64,000 nt of DNA from Antedon mediterranea (GCF_964355755.1 NC_092671.1:38822304-38886303), one strand, 5' to 3'. Positions 12,401 to 25,900 are shown, counted from the stretch's first letter. Notes: a model not told the origin generated them from the letters alone. A program made the numbers and translations.

Positions 12401-15400
12401 TTACTGTCTGCAACTAGCAACGATGAATTTACAATTGCTGGAACAATGCTTTTACACCTTCAAATGAAGATCAATTTTGTAAAGCTGAACTGCTTTTAGA
12501 ACAACACAATTTGCGATCGTAATGACTTTAGCAAAGAAATAACAAAAAAACTGAAGTGAATTTACGAGTACTGACTTTACATCAAAGCTGAGCTAGATTA
12601 GCCACACGCTGAGTTTCACATCTTTTTATAGCAAAAGACAAACATTGGTTTTACGCAATTACTAGTTGGTAACAAGTGAAAATTTCCTGAAGCATTTAGC
12701 AGGAGTCTGACTAAAAACCATCAGGTGATGAGATTCTCATAACACCACCTCTACACTTCAACATTTATTAATTATGAATATATTGATTAGAATGTAATTA
12801 AATGACATCATCACAACTAATTATGGGAAAAAAGACCAAAAGGAACTCCCATGTGTTGTGTATGGATTTTGCTTTATTTAAGTCCCAATGGCTATTGATT
12901 TCTCCAGGCAAAGATTATACAATTATTATTATTATTTCTAATCTAAAGTAAATCAATAAATTTGAATATTTAATGAATATAATTGAATAATACCTGTGTG
13001 GAAGTTAATCAACAAAATAACCATAAGTGCTTGCTACTGTATTCGTTCTTCAAAACACATTCTCTCCTACTATTCTAAGTAGCTGTGACCTACATTTGAA
13101 TAATCTAGGTCATAACAATCAGACTAGTTTTTCACTAACTTGATGGACTGTAAAGGTTTTCATTTTTCGGTCATGGAGAAATATAATACATATTTTTAAT
13201 TATTAAATATGTTTTATTTTCTATTTATGGATTTGCATTTTGCAATTTTCAAGCTTAATCCACATCAATTAACTGGCAATATCAGTTATACTAGTAATAT
13301 TAAAAACAAAAAAGTACTACTTTGATACCTTCAAATATTGTATAATGTACAGTGATGTGTAAACAAAATTAAATACTGTAGCTTAATCCATTAATGCAGC
13401 GAATTGAGTTCTTTACTTTAATCAAAAGGGCTGATAGCATTGCCAAACTCTCTGATAACATTCTTAATGTTTACAAAAAGCATACAAAATTAACATTACC
13501 AAATGAAAAACAATGGGTGGAATGGAATACTACTCTATTGCTGAAATGCGACATTGTCAATTTGATGGTATGCCTCACCATTTCTACCATTTCCATATGT
13601 TTCAAGCACTTTCATAATTTCTTCAAAAGTATTACCCTGTTCATCTGTACTGATAGCTGTAGCCATCTTGGTTTCAGCCACAAACTCAATTCACTAGATT
13701 TAATACATTACACAAAAATTCAAGAAAACTTAAAGCTCTGTCTACACTATCAAACTTTATGTGACAAAAAGAATGTGATGTGCCCATATATAGACATGAT
13801 GATGGCATATCACTACCATTAAGCATCACTATCATATTTGGGCACATCAAACCTTTCACATAAATTTTGATTAGTGTAAACAGAGCTTTAGTTATTTCTT
13901 AGCTGAATCAGAATGAAGCCTAATTTCCACATTTCTGAAATACATCATCGACCTGTGACATTTTAAAATAATTACACATTCGACATTTGTGCTTATGAAT
14001 TGTCAATTTACAGACCATATGTGATTCAGTTGAGTAACTACAAATCCACGAACGGATAATTAAGTGTTAAATTACTAATGATAATTTATTATTTCGCTAT
14101 TAGAAATTCACGCAACAACCAGAAGTGTGCTCATTTATGGAAAATTCTACGAAATGTAGTTCATGTTTAATGTTCTAAATTATGAATGTTCACAGACTTA
14201 CTACTGTATGTTAAAAAGGCTTCTAACTACTTTAAACTATTTTATTTATTGATGTTAAATGTCAATATTGTGCGAGCTATATTTTCTGTCAAATGTTCTA
14301 AGTTACACAAACCAACAGTGGTGTTGGTAGTCTGTGAGTGCTAGCTTACCTGGATAAACCGACAATAGCCTTTCTCCTCGAAGAGTAAGATATACCTCGA
14401 AAAGTAGAAATTTTCATTGAACACCCCTCTCCACAAATGGTATAGTCCATGAACTATGCCCTCAAGTGAGAGCCTCACCACAAACTACCATCATCAATTC
14501 TTTTTTTCGGTTTATCCAGGTAAGCTAGGCACGAAATAGACTATGAATGTTTACAGTATACTGTACATGTTAAAAAGGCTTCTTCTACAGTAACAACTTT
14601 ACTAAACACGTTTTTAAACAATGTGTTATGTTTTATAAATGTTAATATTGTGTGAGCTATATTTTCTGTCAAATATCCTAAATTATGAATTTTTCTTATA
14701 CTGTACCTGTTAAAAAGTCTACTACTTAAGTTGTTGTTGTATAGTACAATATACAGTACATGTCAAAATTGTGCGTGGTATATTTTCTGTCATCTTGATT
14801 GTTTCTTCTTAAGACATGAAATCTGCACGCAATTTACAAGATTTTTATATTTGTATAGTGAATGAGAATTCCAAAACTATACAGAAACCATCTTAAATAT
14901 TATTCTAATCACTTTACGTTTTTATCATACTACACATATTTTTATTAATTCCAGTCAGAAAAAAAAGTTACAGTTTCCACAATTTTTCACCATTAAAACT
15001 CTGAAATGTGAATATTTTAATCTTGACCAGACCATTTAAACATGAACTTGAAGACTAAATATCAAAACATTTTAACAAATCAGAAAATAAATTATAAAAA
15101 TGGTTTTATTATGCACTTTTCAATTGTATAACCCCCGGGAGAGGTGTATCATGGATGCGTCACAAATAATTATTACATTGGTGCGTGAAAAAACTTATAG
15201 TAGATGGTACGTCACATCAATAAACAATGGTTTGTCAATGTCCGTCACTTTACCACCCATCATAATCATGAGCATGGTCCGGTGCACATCAGACAAATGG
15301 CGCACATCAGACAAATGGCGCACATCAGACAAATGGCGCACATCAGACAAATGGCGCACATCAGACAAATGGCGCACATCAGACGAATGGCGCACATCAG

Positions 15401-15737
15401 ACGAATGGCGCACATCAGACGAATGGCGCACATCAGACGAATGGCGCACATCAGACGAATGGCGCACATCAGACGAATGGCGCACATCAGACGAATGGCG
15501 CACATCAGACGAATGGCGCACATCAGACGAATGGCGCACATCAGACGAATGGCGCACATCAGACGAATGGCGCACATCAGACAGGGGTCGTATAGTGCAT
15601 TTAGTATAATGGCTTAAATATAAATTTGTTTGTCTAATGTACAAAGAAAGAAAGTATTGACAATGTATGTAGAAATATATTTTAATTATTTTTAATTTTA
15701 CTGTACCTGAAAGAGGGTGAGGTAAATTGTTAGTCAT
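421..15737 (-). CDS. TBC1D5: TBC1 domain family member 5 (Rab7 GAP, retromer-associated); 5' part only, gene continues beyond window start
   Basis: Phase-consistent GT-AG exons: 15737-15707 (MTNNLPHPLS), 9792-9681, 6576-6468 (EEWQWLF...GRLRSSRFRSVCWK), 4838-4665, 4156-3986 (IKQDVTRTFPE, IxxDxxR arginine finger; SYKQ), 3600-3512 (GMHELLAPMIFVLHCDHQAF, completing the YxQG glutamine finger), 1077-1027 (YLEHDAY), 666-421 (LYQHLNRLDIKPQIYG). Matches recalled TBC1D5 motifs. Confidence 0.95.
748..1016. repeat. 24-25 bp minisatellite (ttctgctgaccaatggcaatatta), ~11 copies
   Basis: Tandem array seen directly, filling most of the 667-1026 intron. Confidence 0.9.
2164..2298 (+). mobile_element. PIF/Harbinger-type MITE, family A (reference copy)
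   Basis: TIR AGCTCTGTCTACACTA / TAGTGTAGACAGAGCT with TAA target duplication on both sides. Other copies at ~1459-1612, 3210-3338, 3662-3909, 9821-9950, 23676-23757, 25209-25339, 25510-25645, 31590-31740, 33942-34030, 40360-40473, 53660-53715 and those listed separately. Confidence 0.85.
2454..2768 (+). mobile_element. tRNA-derived SINE, family 1 (possibly Meta-domain type)
   Basis: A box TGGCTGAGCGG, B box GGTTCGAGGC, central ctcggataaggactataaaccgtagg...gtgcactttaaagaacc...gagtaggggg, AT-rich tail; multiple dispersed copies. Confidence 0.85.
4485..4650 (+). mobile_element. MITE family A copy
   Basis: Same TIRs and internal gcccatatatggacat...atcactaccatatttggg core. Confidence 0.85.
4890..5020 (-). 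mobile_element. MITE family A copy, opposite orientation
   Basis: Core reversed (cccaaatatggtagtgatatgac...gtccatatatatgggc). Confidence 0.85.
6676..7280 (-). mobile_element. 5'-truncated non-LTR retrotransposon (Rex1/Babar-like) 3' end
   Basis: ORF 7288-6824 FYRSVICSVWTYCLSCWAGN...RRAGKMIG...DASHPLH...SGRLR...RFAKSFIPSGI resembles the post-RT C-terminus of Rex1/Babar; followed by 3' UTR and (TCTTA)n tail at 6676-6702. Confidence 0.85.
7354..7562. mobile_element. Tc1/mariner-pogo-type MITE remnant
   Basis: Inverted ends actctcccaataccg / cggtattgggagagttgactg-TA. Confidence 0.55.
8910..9340 (+). mobile_element. SINE family 1 copy with ~135-bp internal insertion
   Basis: Colinear with the 2454 copy except for unrelated sequence at ~9153-9290. 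Confidence 0.8.
10350..10515 (-). mobile_element. MITE family A copy
   Basis: TIRs and reversed core. Confidence 0.85.
12213..12332. repeat. Imperfect (ATG/ATA)n trinucleotide microsatellite
   Basis: Seen directly. Confidence 0.85.
13734..13887 (+). mobile_element. MITE family A copy
   Basis: TIRs, TAA/TTA flanks. Confidence 0.85.
14328..14543. mobile_element. Short TIR element (TAG...CTA ends)
   Basis: Perfect 22-bp inverted repeat ctagcttacctggataaaccga (14341-14362) / tcggtttatccaggtaagctag (14507-14528), extending imperfectly to tagtct/agacta; sits within a degenerate ~100-bp tandem repeat (14170-14790). Confidence 0.7.
15283..15583. repeat. 18-bp minisatellite cgcacatcagacRaatgg, 16 full units plus a partial
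   Basis: Five A-type then eleven G-type units; lies inside a MITE (15112-15599). Confidence 0.95.
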
Positions 15738-16386
15738 TGTGCGACGATGATGATTCCAGGAAGTCACTTGTCAGATTTTTAAGTAATCAAATCATCCATA
15801 AATAAAACTAAATCTGAAATGAAAAAAATTATAAAAATCAATCTTTTTGAAACAAAAAGCTAAATGAATCGCTACATGTACAGACATTTCAACTTCAATA
15901 AAACCATATTTATTGCAATGTATCTTTTTAGTCAAAATTGCTATCAACCGACATTTCTCTTTTGTAATTTTACAAAAGATAAATAGGCCTAGACTAGGGC
16001 CTAGTTAGTACTAGAGTAGTAACCTAATTAAAAAAGTTTCTTGTTGTTGTTAGCTTGTTTGTTTTGTTTTCTTGTATAAAATTGTTCGCATACAGAGGAG
16101 TAAGGGCCTTAAAATACCAACCTGCCTGCCTCTAGTCTAGGCCACCTTTTATAGGCTAGTATAGAAGTATCACGTCTCAGTACAGTTACTAAATGCTAGG
16201 CCCAACATTTAACACCAAACAACCCCACTCATCGATAGATATTTCTGACACTCTGACTCAATCAAGTCCAGCCTAATCATAATGAATCTTAATTATTAAG
16301 GAGGTCTAAAATAAAAGAATAGCGTCTGTGCTGGTGCTAACTAATTGATTGATATAATATAATAACAAAACAATCATTAAACTCAC

Positions 16387-16560
16387 ATTTTCAAGTTTTG
16401 GAACATCAATAAAATACTACAGCCACACATAAAGTAGCCTTTCCTAGCTAGGCCTAACTAACCTTGTCCTTGTGAATTTGCGTGTCACCTGACGTTCCAT
16501 ATCACGGCCACCGGTGTTTTTTAATTTACGCTCGAGCTTCACTAGGGCATAAGACGCCAT
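16387..16560 (-). promoter_or_regulatory. Probable non-coding first exon / promoter of TBC1D5
   Basis: GTGAGT donor at 16386-16381, CpG-richer stretch 16470-16560, AGATGGCG (YY1/CTCF-like) motif near 16555, CTAGGCCTA motifs. TSS not determinable. Confidence 0.5.
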
Positions 16561-19500
16561 CTATAATTAAATTATAAGTATTTAAAGATATATTTTCCCC
16601 CTGAACATTTTTTTTTTTAATTTTGCTGAATTATTCCATTTAATATCACATAATAGTTTGACCAAAAATTATATCTAAAAAAATTATTTACCTGAAAAAA
16701 CTGTAAATTAAAAAAAAAAAAATTGGTTGCTAGCCAATAGGTTTTTGGTTGAATTTAACAGTTTATTTTGTCTTTTTATAAGTGAAAACTTTATTTAAAA
16801 ATTTTTTTTTTTCTATGAAAGTGATTTTCGTGTTTTTGGGGGAAAATACATCTTGAATAAAATAGATAAAACCAATAAACATGAAACATAAAACAGTACT
16901 ACTGTACAAGTATGTATTGTTTCAGTGAAACACTGTTAAATTTCTTTATTATCATGTTTCTCAAAAAACACCATTTATTCCCCATAAAAGCTGCGCTTAT
17001 ACAAGATATATTCCAGAAATTCACACTCGTGTTTACAAGCGTTTTCAGGAATAAGCAATATACTATATAGGGCTAATAAAGTACAAAATTATTTTATGCA
17101 ATAAATGTAGACACCATGGTTTCAGATTCAATTGCATTAGAACATTCTAAATCTTTTACAAAAACCATTGGGAAATTCCAAACAACTTTGGATTTTCCCA
17201 ATAAACATATAAACTAAAATAAACAGAGAAGGCATGTTACAACAAAATAAACATAATTTACACCCAAAAAGAAACAATAAGCTGCTAAATCTTGATTACA
17301 AAGATGAGATGTATATGTGGGCCTAATAGAGGGCAAAGTATTGCTGTCAAGTGCACGGTAGGTTACCTTGTGTGGACAAAGTTCGTATCACTTCTCTCTT
17401 CGTGTCCCCACTCCCGCCCAGGACAATATACAATTTGAAATATTATGTGCCTTAAATATTCAATAAGATTTATATCATATCATATTCATTTTTTAGTCCA
17501 TTGACTTTCTTTACTAAATTTGCTCATTATCAACAATAAAGTTCATGAACAGAAACATATTTTCCAATAAAAGACTGCTTTTGCTCTAACTATGGCGCAT
17601 GGCAGAAAGCTTGTTTTAAGAGTGGTATCTAAGGCCATGTTAGTTTTGAACCCCCTCCTACATTTTAGAGACTCCTTAAATTTAAACAGTCCATTCTGCA
17701 GCTGTTAATGATACAAAAAGCAAGCTATAATGCTTCTAATATTGAAATAACAAATCATTTCTCCATAATGAACATTAATTGAAGCCCTTTCACAAAGTAC
17801 AACAAAATAAAAACCAGGATGGGGAGGTATCATTTTGGTTTTTTGGTTGGTATGTATGATATCATATACAGATTGTACTTTTCAACAAAGATATCTCCCT
17901 GCCCTAATCATCCTAACTTATAGTTGAATATTACGTATGATGATTATAAAAAACAAAAACAAGTTATTTTTCTTTTCGATATTATTACAAATAATATTTC
18001 ATAGCAGATTACCAATAATAGTATAATTAATTCTAATTATCAATAAATTATATGAAAAATAAACGACTTGTCAATGTGTTTGATGCTAACAATTCTATCA
18101 AATATTAAAACATAATGTACAGTGTATGTATATACATATACAATTGCACTAGCCTTAGTGACAGCCATGTATGTACAAAAATAGTATTTAATTTTTACAA
18201 ACAAAGGTAACCTTTGACCCAACCTTTGACCCAGCTTATACCTTGATCAATCAAGAAAAAAAGTGAAAAAATTGGACACGATGAGTAATACAGTTTTAAT
18301 AGTACAATAATTATGTAAAGTAATTTTAATATCATTATTATTAAAATAATTCATCCATCCATCTTCTTGTTACGAGGTGTATGAATAAAAAGTACGCTTT
18401 AAGCTATTTCTTCTTTTCAAGTGCCTGAGTTTTGTTTTTCATATGTACACAATTATAAAAATGTACAGAATAATAAACAGTTGTATAGTATGCTTTTACA
18501 ACTGTTAACAAAATTGTTAACATAAATCTTACCTTATAAAAATAATGATATTTAGTTTGATTACAAAATGAATTATTAGTCTATTATATTGATATGTTGG
18601 TTTGCTTAGAAAAAGGTAACTATTATAAATTTCATATTTCTTTATTTGAGTAATAACAATAAAAATGGGCCTATATTGGTTTTATTTATTTACGAATATT
18701 GAAAAATTAAATATCAGGAAATATAAATATGACTTTTGGGATAATCAAAATGTTAAGAACTATGCATTCTGGGAAATATTTGTTTGAACATGTGCAGTAT
18801 AGCCACAATGCATGCACCAATTTTATATAATCTTGTATGTATATTTTCAAACTTGCTACAGCCAATTACTTTTGAAATTTTGAGATAAGTTTAATATTGA
18901 TATGAAATAGAAAATCGAAATTAAATTTATTAGTTAACACATGAAATGTATACAATTTTAATTTTGGAAATTACCAAAAGTATCAGATTAAGAATAAAAG
19001 AAGTGACTTAAAGAGAAGCAACACGTTACCTAGGCACTATGGTTTTTCTACAAGTTGGACAATCGGTATCATTTATCAGTGAAAAATGTGGTAATAATAA
19101 TAAATATACAAGTTTCATGAATATACTTTAAATTAATAATAATCAATAGGACTACTAATGTAAAATTATCAAATTTTCTATAAAAAACGTTTGCCAGAAA
19201 TTTATCTTCAAACTAATACTCAATAATTTTTGCAAGGTATTTTATTTATAATATAACATATTTTTTTTTTTATTTACTTAAAAATAAAAGATTTTTAAAG
19301 TGCGATTTCAAAAATAGATTAAAATACTGGCAAGAATTTAGCAGAATGAAATTGAAAATACACACTGCTGCAGGTAGGTCTATTGTAGACTTTACGTGAG
19401 GGGAAAGAATTAAGTCTACATCTAATAGGTTTGGGGAATAGATATATTCTTGAGGCAAAGAGTGTGAGGTTTAGTGTTGTACAGTAATTGGTAAAATTCA

Positions 19501-19999
19501 GATTTAACTGTTTGTAGTTAAGGTTCGTTTCACATCTAGTAACATTATCAATTGTAAGCTATTTCTATTGTTAAATGCATGTGTTTGAAATTTATTCAGA
19601 GATTTACAATTCAAAAAATGACTGAAACCAACCCACAACTAGTATAAAGATTACAGATGAACGTGTGCCAATAAAAAGTAAACAAAAAGTCAGAACAAAA
19701 ACAAATATTTCTTGTAAGACTGAATGACATTGATTATCTCTAAAAGACAAATATTTGAAAAACAAAATAGCACCCTCTACTGTTCATAAACCTACTTTGA
19801 TAATGCAAAAATAATCTAGCGCCCTCTATTTGTCTGGTATACTAGAGAAAATTTAAATAACCTATTGTCAAAAGTGCTGTAATAAAGTTGTAGAGTAATT
19901 CTGATCGACCGATTTAAAATGGCATCACATGCCACAATATAATTCATTTAAATTTGGATTTAATAGATAAACTCATGAATTAAACACCTAAATACCACG

Positions 20000-22900
20000 T
20001 CAAGATCCACTTTCTTGAGTTCGGACATGAGGAACTGTACTCGGACTAGAAAGCGCCACCATAGGCGTTGAATTTTGAATTGCGGTCGGATTAACATAGT
20101 TTGCATGAGGCTGGTCTGTGTTCTGGGGCACAGCTGCCGGTGTAAACAAGCGTTCGTGAATATCACGCAACAACGGTAAGGTAACCTTAGACGGGAATGA
20201 TGGCGAGAAGCCCGGTAACGTCGTGTGCATAGTGGCGCGAGGTTGAATCATAAAGGGCAACGTTGAAGCAGGTTGCACTAATGCAGCGTTCGTTGTATTC
20301 CATGGCATTCGAAAATTCTGCATTAATAGCTGGTTGGCTGTAGCAGCCATTTGTGAGGCAGGTATTTGTTGCTGACCTGGGAGAAGCCCAGTCTGTGCTT
20401 GATTTAGAGGTCTACCTTGCAAAATTTGATTTGCAAATTGTGCAGTATGTTGATTAATAAGCTGGTGGGGTTGTACAGACGTATGGGGTGACATTGTTTG
20501 GTCAGCGCTAAATTGTCGTTGTAAGTTCAACATTGTGGCGTTAGCTTGATTCAATCCATTGGTTAGTAATGAAGTATCAACCAAGCCATCTTTGCCTGGT
20601 GTTGCAGGTGATATCATTGGCCGCGGCACAGTCATCATTCCTGCATTAAACGTCCCTTGCGTTGTAGCTAATGTGCTTTGCGTATTTGGGCTGAAAGAAT
20701 TCGTAGGAAAAGAGTTTCCAATTTGCATAGTATTGAGTCCGTTGAGGGAGTTTTGTCGCAACGTATCCTCCATTAATCTCGTGGCAGCAGCCTGTAGGTC
20801 ACTAGGTAGTTCATTTGGGTCACCTTGATTCATTGATTCCTCTTGACTTGAGTTACTATCCTGATCCGACATCATAGCAAATGAGAACTGATCAAGTGAA
20901 GCTTTAGCATTGCTCACGTCGTTGGAGGCTTGAAGAAGAGCACGCTCCAGTTCTTCTTGTTCTTCTGTGGTTGGCAAAAAATCACCATTTTTACCTGAGA
21001 AAAAAAAAAATAATTTTATAAGCTAGCTTGTCAACCAACTCATTACCATCAAGCAGGTTAAAGAAACTCGGATTAGCCCTCTACACACCCACGGCAGCCA
21101 GAAGTTACCAGGATGAATGACATGGGCAGATAGACCAGTACACCAGGTTATCCCCCTACTGTTCTGAAGAATACACTGGGTTCTTTGAAGTGCACATGAG
21201 ACAGACATGTACACAGGATTTCCAGTTTTAAGTCCTCATCGGAGAAGACTGGGTTGACGAGAGCCTTGAATTTTGGTCTAGGGAGCGACCTGCCTTAACT
21301 ACTAGTCTACTTGTCATTAAAAATGTCTTTTAAAATAATATAGTAGATCTACAAACCTCCAAACATTTTAACTCCAAATATATCAGTCAGATCATCCGCC
21401 TGAAGAGGTAACAAATTGGCAATATCGTTGTTTTCCAACACGTCATCCTTGTCATCTCCATCTATCTGAAGGTCAGACGTATCGATCGGTAAGCCAGCAT
21501 GCGCATCAAGATTAAAAGAGATATCACTCGCATCTATACCATCGATACCATCAGGTGCTGGGCTTAGTTGAGATGTGTCTATACCAAGGTTTAAAGATGA
21601 TAGCATCTCAAAACCTAAAGGTTCTATTGAAAGGAAAATTCAAGAAAATATTAGAAAAAGTATTATGCTTCATGAGGCACAAAAATGATGCCATTTTGAA
21701 ACAAGCTCAGAACTACAGTCCTACTAATATACAGTCAAATCACTCAAAACTATGACACACTCACATAACCTTGACCTTGATTTAGCAGGGGGGGGGGGGT
21801 GTCCCCTGTGAAATCTCAGGAGAAACACAGAGAGGCCTGTTTTTGTATTGTGCACGTGTGTTGCCCTACAATTTAACTGCTCAATCACAATACACTAAAA
21901 ATTAAATAGCGACCCTAACTATGCAATGACAACACTTTATCCCAAGAGTTCGAAAGCATGTAATACATCGGGAGATTAAATCAAATCAATTTACACAGAT
22001 GTGAAAAGGGTTTAAATGCTATGCCACCAACCTAATGGAGGTACAGGTTTCTGTGGACGGGCTGCTTTCTGTTGCTTCTTTTTCTTCTTCTTAAAAGGTC
22101 TTGTTAAGGCAGAAGGCTTTGTCTTCTTTCTTGGTCTACGTGGTTTAGATTGGCATTTCTAAAAAGATGATAATTTCATAAAAGTTCAATAAAACGTTGA
22201 TTGATTGAATTGAAATATATATTTATACTGGGTAACCTCTTCAGTCAAAGACTGGTCTCCCAGAGGGCCCAGTTGGTGATCAGTGGCTGTGATGTACTAA
22301 TACATCGGGGTAACCCCCTACTCGTCTCGAAAGATGTACTAGGTTCTTTAAAGTGCACACGAGCTAGATGTGTACAATAAACAATATAAAGTAGATTCCC
22401 TCCTTTAGGACAATCATATTGAGGGATAATTTCCCTTAAAATAAACATAGGGGAAATGTGTTTTAACACTATAATAAACTCTTATTCAGCATTTTATTTT
22501 CGTTTTATTTCGTAGGCATCCAACAGAGAGTAACCCATCAATTACAGGATTGATAAACTATTTTATAATTTTTTCGTGCAATTAAGTCTCATATGAGGCT
22601 TAGGTAGTGGAGTTGAAAGAATTGTGAGTTACATACAACCCTGGCACTATGTTAGGATTGAACCTTGGGATTGGAACGCAAGCATGTTAACCACCAAGCT
22701 ACAGCTCTCCACTAATACAGTACTCCACATTAACAATAATCATTAGATAATTCAAGTGGTAATTCTTCTTACCAAAACACTAGCATGAAAATCACAGAGA
22801 ACTCTATCATTGTCAATGATAAAGGCAGTATTTGCACACTGTGTATAGTCAGACTGAATTCCTGTACATTGGTAAAAAATCTGTTGATGATCATTTTCTA

Positions 22901-25900
22901 TAATATCTTGATATAGCAGTATAAGGTCACTAACATAGATCATTACATTCAATTCAGAGCGAGTTACTATCCACAAGTAGTGCATTAGAATTACGGCCAA
23001 TCTACACACAGATGAGCAGTAATAAATATAGAATCTGTGTTATTTCTTATGACCATTTACACACAACACGGAGCGGACAGGTGGTTTCTGCTCAGGATAG
23101 ATACAGATACTATGTGGTTCAAGCTACATGGTGACTCAGACCGTTACCACTCGTCTGTGTAAATTGGCCTTTAGGGTTTGTTTACTATACATCAATGTAT
23201 GTAATGTTAAATTCTATTTGTTTGTCTGCAATATATCAAATAATAAAAAACAATAGAAAAAGGATACGGTTGAAACAATGTGTTGCAAAAGGCATGCTTT
23301 TTGCTCCACACTCTTTGCCATCTTCATCTTTAAAACAACAATCAGGGGCGTGACAAACTTTCCGATGCTTTTCTCTGTTTAAAAAAAAAACCACACTTAC
23401 TCATTATTAAATATATATACAAACAGTTAAACATGTATAGTGTATAGTGAACTGGGAATATCAGGGAGATGTAAAATATTTATTTATTTTACATCTCCCT
23501 GGGAATATGATGTCTTAACTCATTAATGAATTGTAGGGGTGTATTCTATTGATAAATATATTTTTAAATTGTAATTGTTAATATTACTAAATTAATATCC
23601 CTATCAGGTGAGGCTAAAAGATTTGTATCATTCATAGATACTTTATTCAAAGCCTAAATATAAATAAAATAAATAAATATGGTAGTGTGATCATGTCCAT
23701 ATATAGGCACAACACATTTTGTTGTCACATAAAGTTTGATAGTGTAGATAGAGCTTTAAATATTGTACATCTTCATCTAATATTTTTTAAGCTTTTTGTT
23801 CCAATAATAACAAGGATCTTACATTACAAATATTTTTAAAAACATACCGTCTGGGTAATTGGTTTTTAATTTCTAGAAGCAACTTTGTCGTTGATGCTAC
23901 GTGTTGCCTGGTGGCTTCTGATAGAGCTAAGCATGATGCACGCTCCGACGCTTGTTCACGCTTTGACGACTCTGACCTCAACGCTAACAGACAGTTCTTA
24001 CGAACATGAGATTTAAGTTGTTTTAAATAATCACTACGAGATATTTCAGTGCTACTTCTGAAAGGGAAATTAAGAGGTAAATGCAATCAATTAGAGTGTG
24101 TTACAAAAAAAAATTTAAATAATCACAAAAAGCGATATTTTAGTGCTACTTCTGAAAGGGAAAACAGTTACAGAAGAGTTACATGCAATAAATTAGAGAG
24201 TATATTAAAAAAGTTCAACCTACATGGTGTTACTACTATATAGTACTGTACATAAATGACTAGTTAATGTTTAAAATAGATAAATATATCATAATTGTGA
24301 CTGTGAAACCATGGCGGTACAGAAAGAAATAAAAATATTTATGTAGTTTTAGCCTTTCTTTCAATGTGTTGTTCATTTATGTGTAATAGAGGATGCTTCC
24401 TATTATGGAACTTGTTTTTGCGAGTTAGATAAATTCTTGGCAATCAGTATTTTTTTTAAATTACATAAACAAAACATTGGCAAACTGAGTTGTACAGTAT
24501 CTAAATGAAATACTGTACAAAACATTCAATCTGCTACTGTATCTCCAATTTGTTTTCCTATTTAATTACAGCATCTTCGCATACAGTATATAACACAATA
24601 CTCAAGGTCACAATCATAAAGCACATATATAGTGTGTAATATATTATTACTATTTATACTAAAATTACCACCAACCAAAGGTCTACTGTCCTTTCTGCTC
24701 CAGTATTATCACACTTACTGTACAGGAAGTTTGAGTCAATACAAGCCAGTCATTTGGAATTCTATTATTATAATATGATATCAGAGTAAATATAAATAAT
24801 AAGACGACTTAGATGCTACATACTTTTTTGTTTCTTCATCAGATGGTGAGAAAGATGTCCTATGACAAACAGGAACTTGGTTACTTTCCTTATCACTATC
24901 TTCATCTTCAGAGTCTTCTAAACCTAAACAATTTAAAATTAAGTGTTATTGGAGAAAACTGTACAAAAGAAATACAATTCAAAGATGATACAAATAATTT
25001 TAAAAACAATTGTAATTTTATCAAATGCATGATGTAATTGTGAATGTTTTGTTTTACCATATTTCTGTTGAGGAAAACAAGTTTTCCATGTACACATTTT
25101 TATATATGGAACAAATAAAGATTTGATTTGATTATGTATTGGGAAGTGTTTAATTATGATATTATTATTCTACATATTCCAATGGATATAATAACTTTAA
25201 AAACTATAACCTTGTCTACACTATCAAACTTTATGTAAATAAAATGTGATGTGCCCATATATGGACATGATGAAGTCATATCACTACTCTATTAGGGCAC
25301 ATCACACTTCTTTTGTCATTTGATAGTATAGACAGAGTCTGTACAAGTAGTTTCAAACATGCAAAACTAATTAACTACAACAATAGAAAGTAGCTCCTTT
25401 ACAAAGTCAGGAAGTTCACACATAAAACATGCATGGGATATCCTATTGTTCACTGTAGTAGAAATTAAACTGTTTAATAAATAATATTAATATCACATTA
25501 ACAGTGTGTAAAGCTCTGTTTTTCCCTGGTTTAACACTATCAAACTAGTGTGCGATGTGCCCAAATATGGTAGTGATATGACATCATCATGTCCATATAT
25601 GGGCAGATCACATTTTTTCGTCCCATAAAGTTTGATAGTGTAGCTTAAAATGTAAACTCAGTTTTAATCTATACCATTTATAAAATGATTTATAGTTAGA
25701 AAAAAAAAAGCTATGTTTCCTACTCAGACATCAGATTCTATTCTGGTATACGAACTCATCTTACCTAATGGAAATAGATCTAGATTCCGATGCTCTTCCG
25801 CTCGGTATAAATCCTTTAATTTATCAACTTCTTCAATGTCCGTTTTCTCAATAAAAACCTGCCTTGGTCGTTTTGGTCTTGCTTGTAATATTGGCACATT

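Noticed and set aside
12196-12420. Poly-Ile / poly-His-Tyr ORFs
   Set aside because: Translation of a trinucleotide microsatellite.
15283-15583. Regular repeat array resembling a CRISPR
   Set aside because: No unique spacers, no cas genes, eukaryotic intronic context; the same applies to 748-1016 and the ~70-bp arrays.
15100-15767. Four overlapping repetitive ORFs (TSDEWR, HSSDVR, MAHIRR, MCAIRL)
   Set aside because: Artefacts of a stop-free 18-bp minisatellite; only 15737-15707 is plausibly coding.
25724-25764. ORF track extends INO80D exon 2 to a stop at 25724
   Set aside because: True donor is TTAG|GTAAGA at 25764, giving the conserved DLFPLG-L junction.
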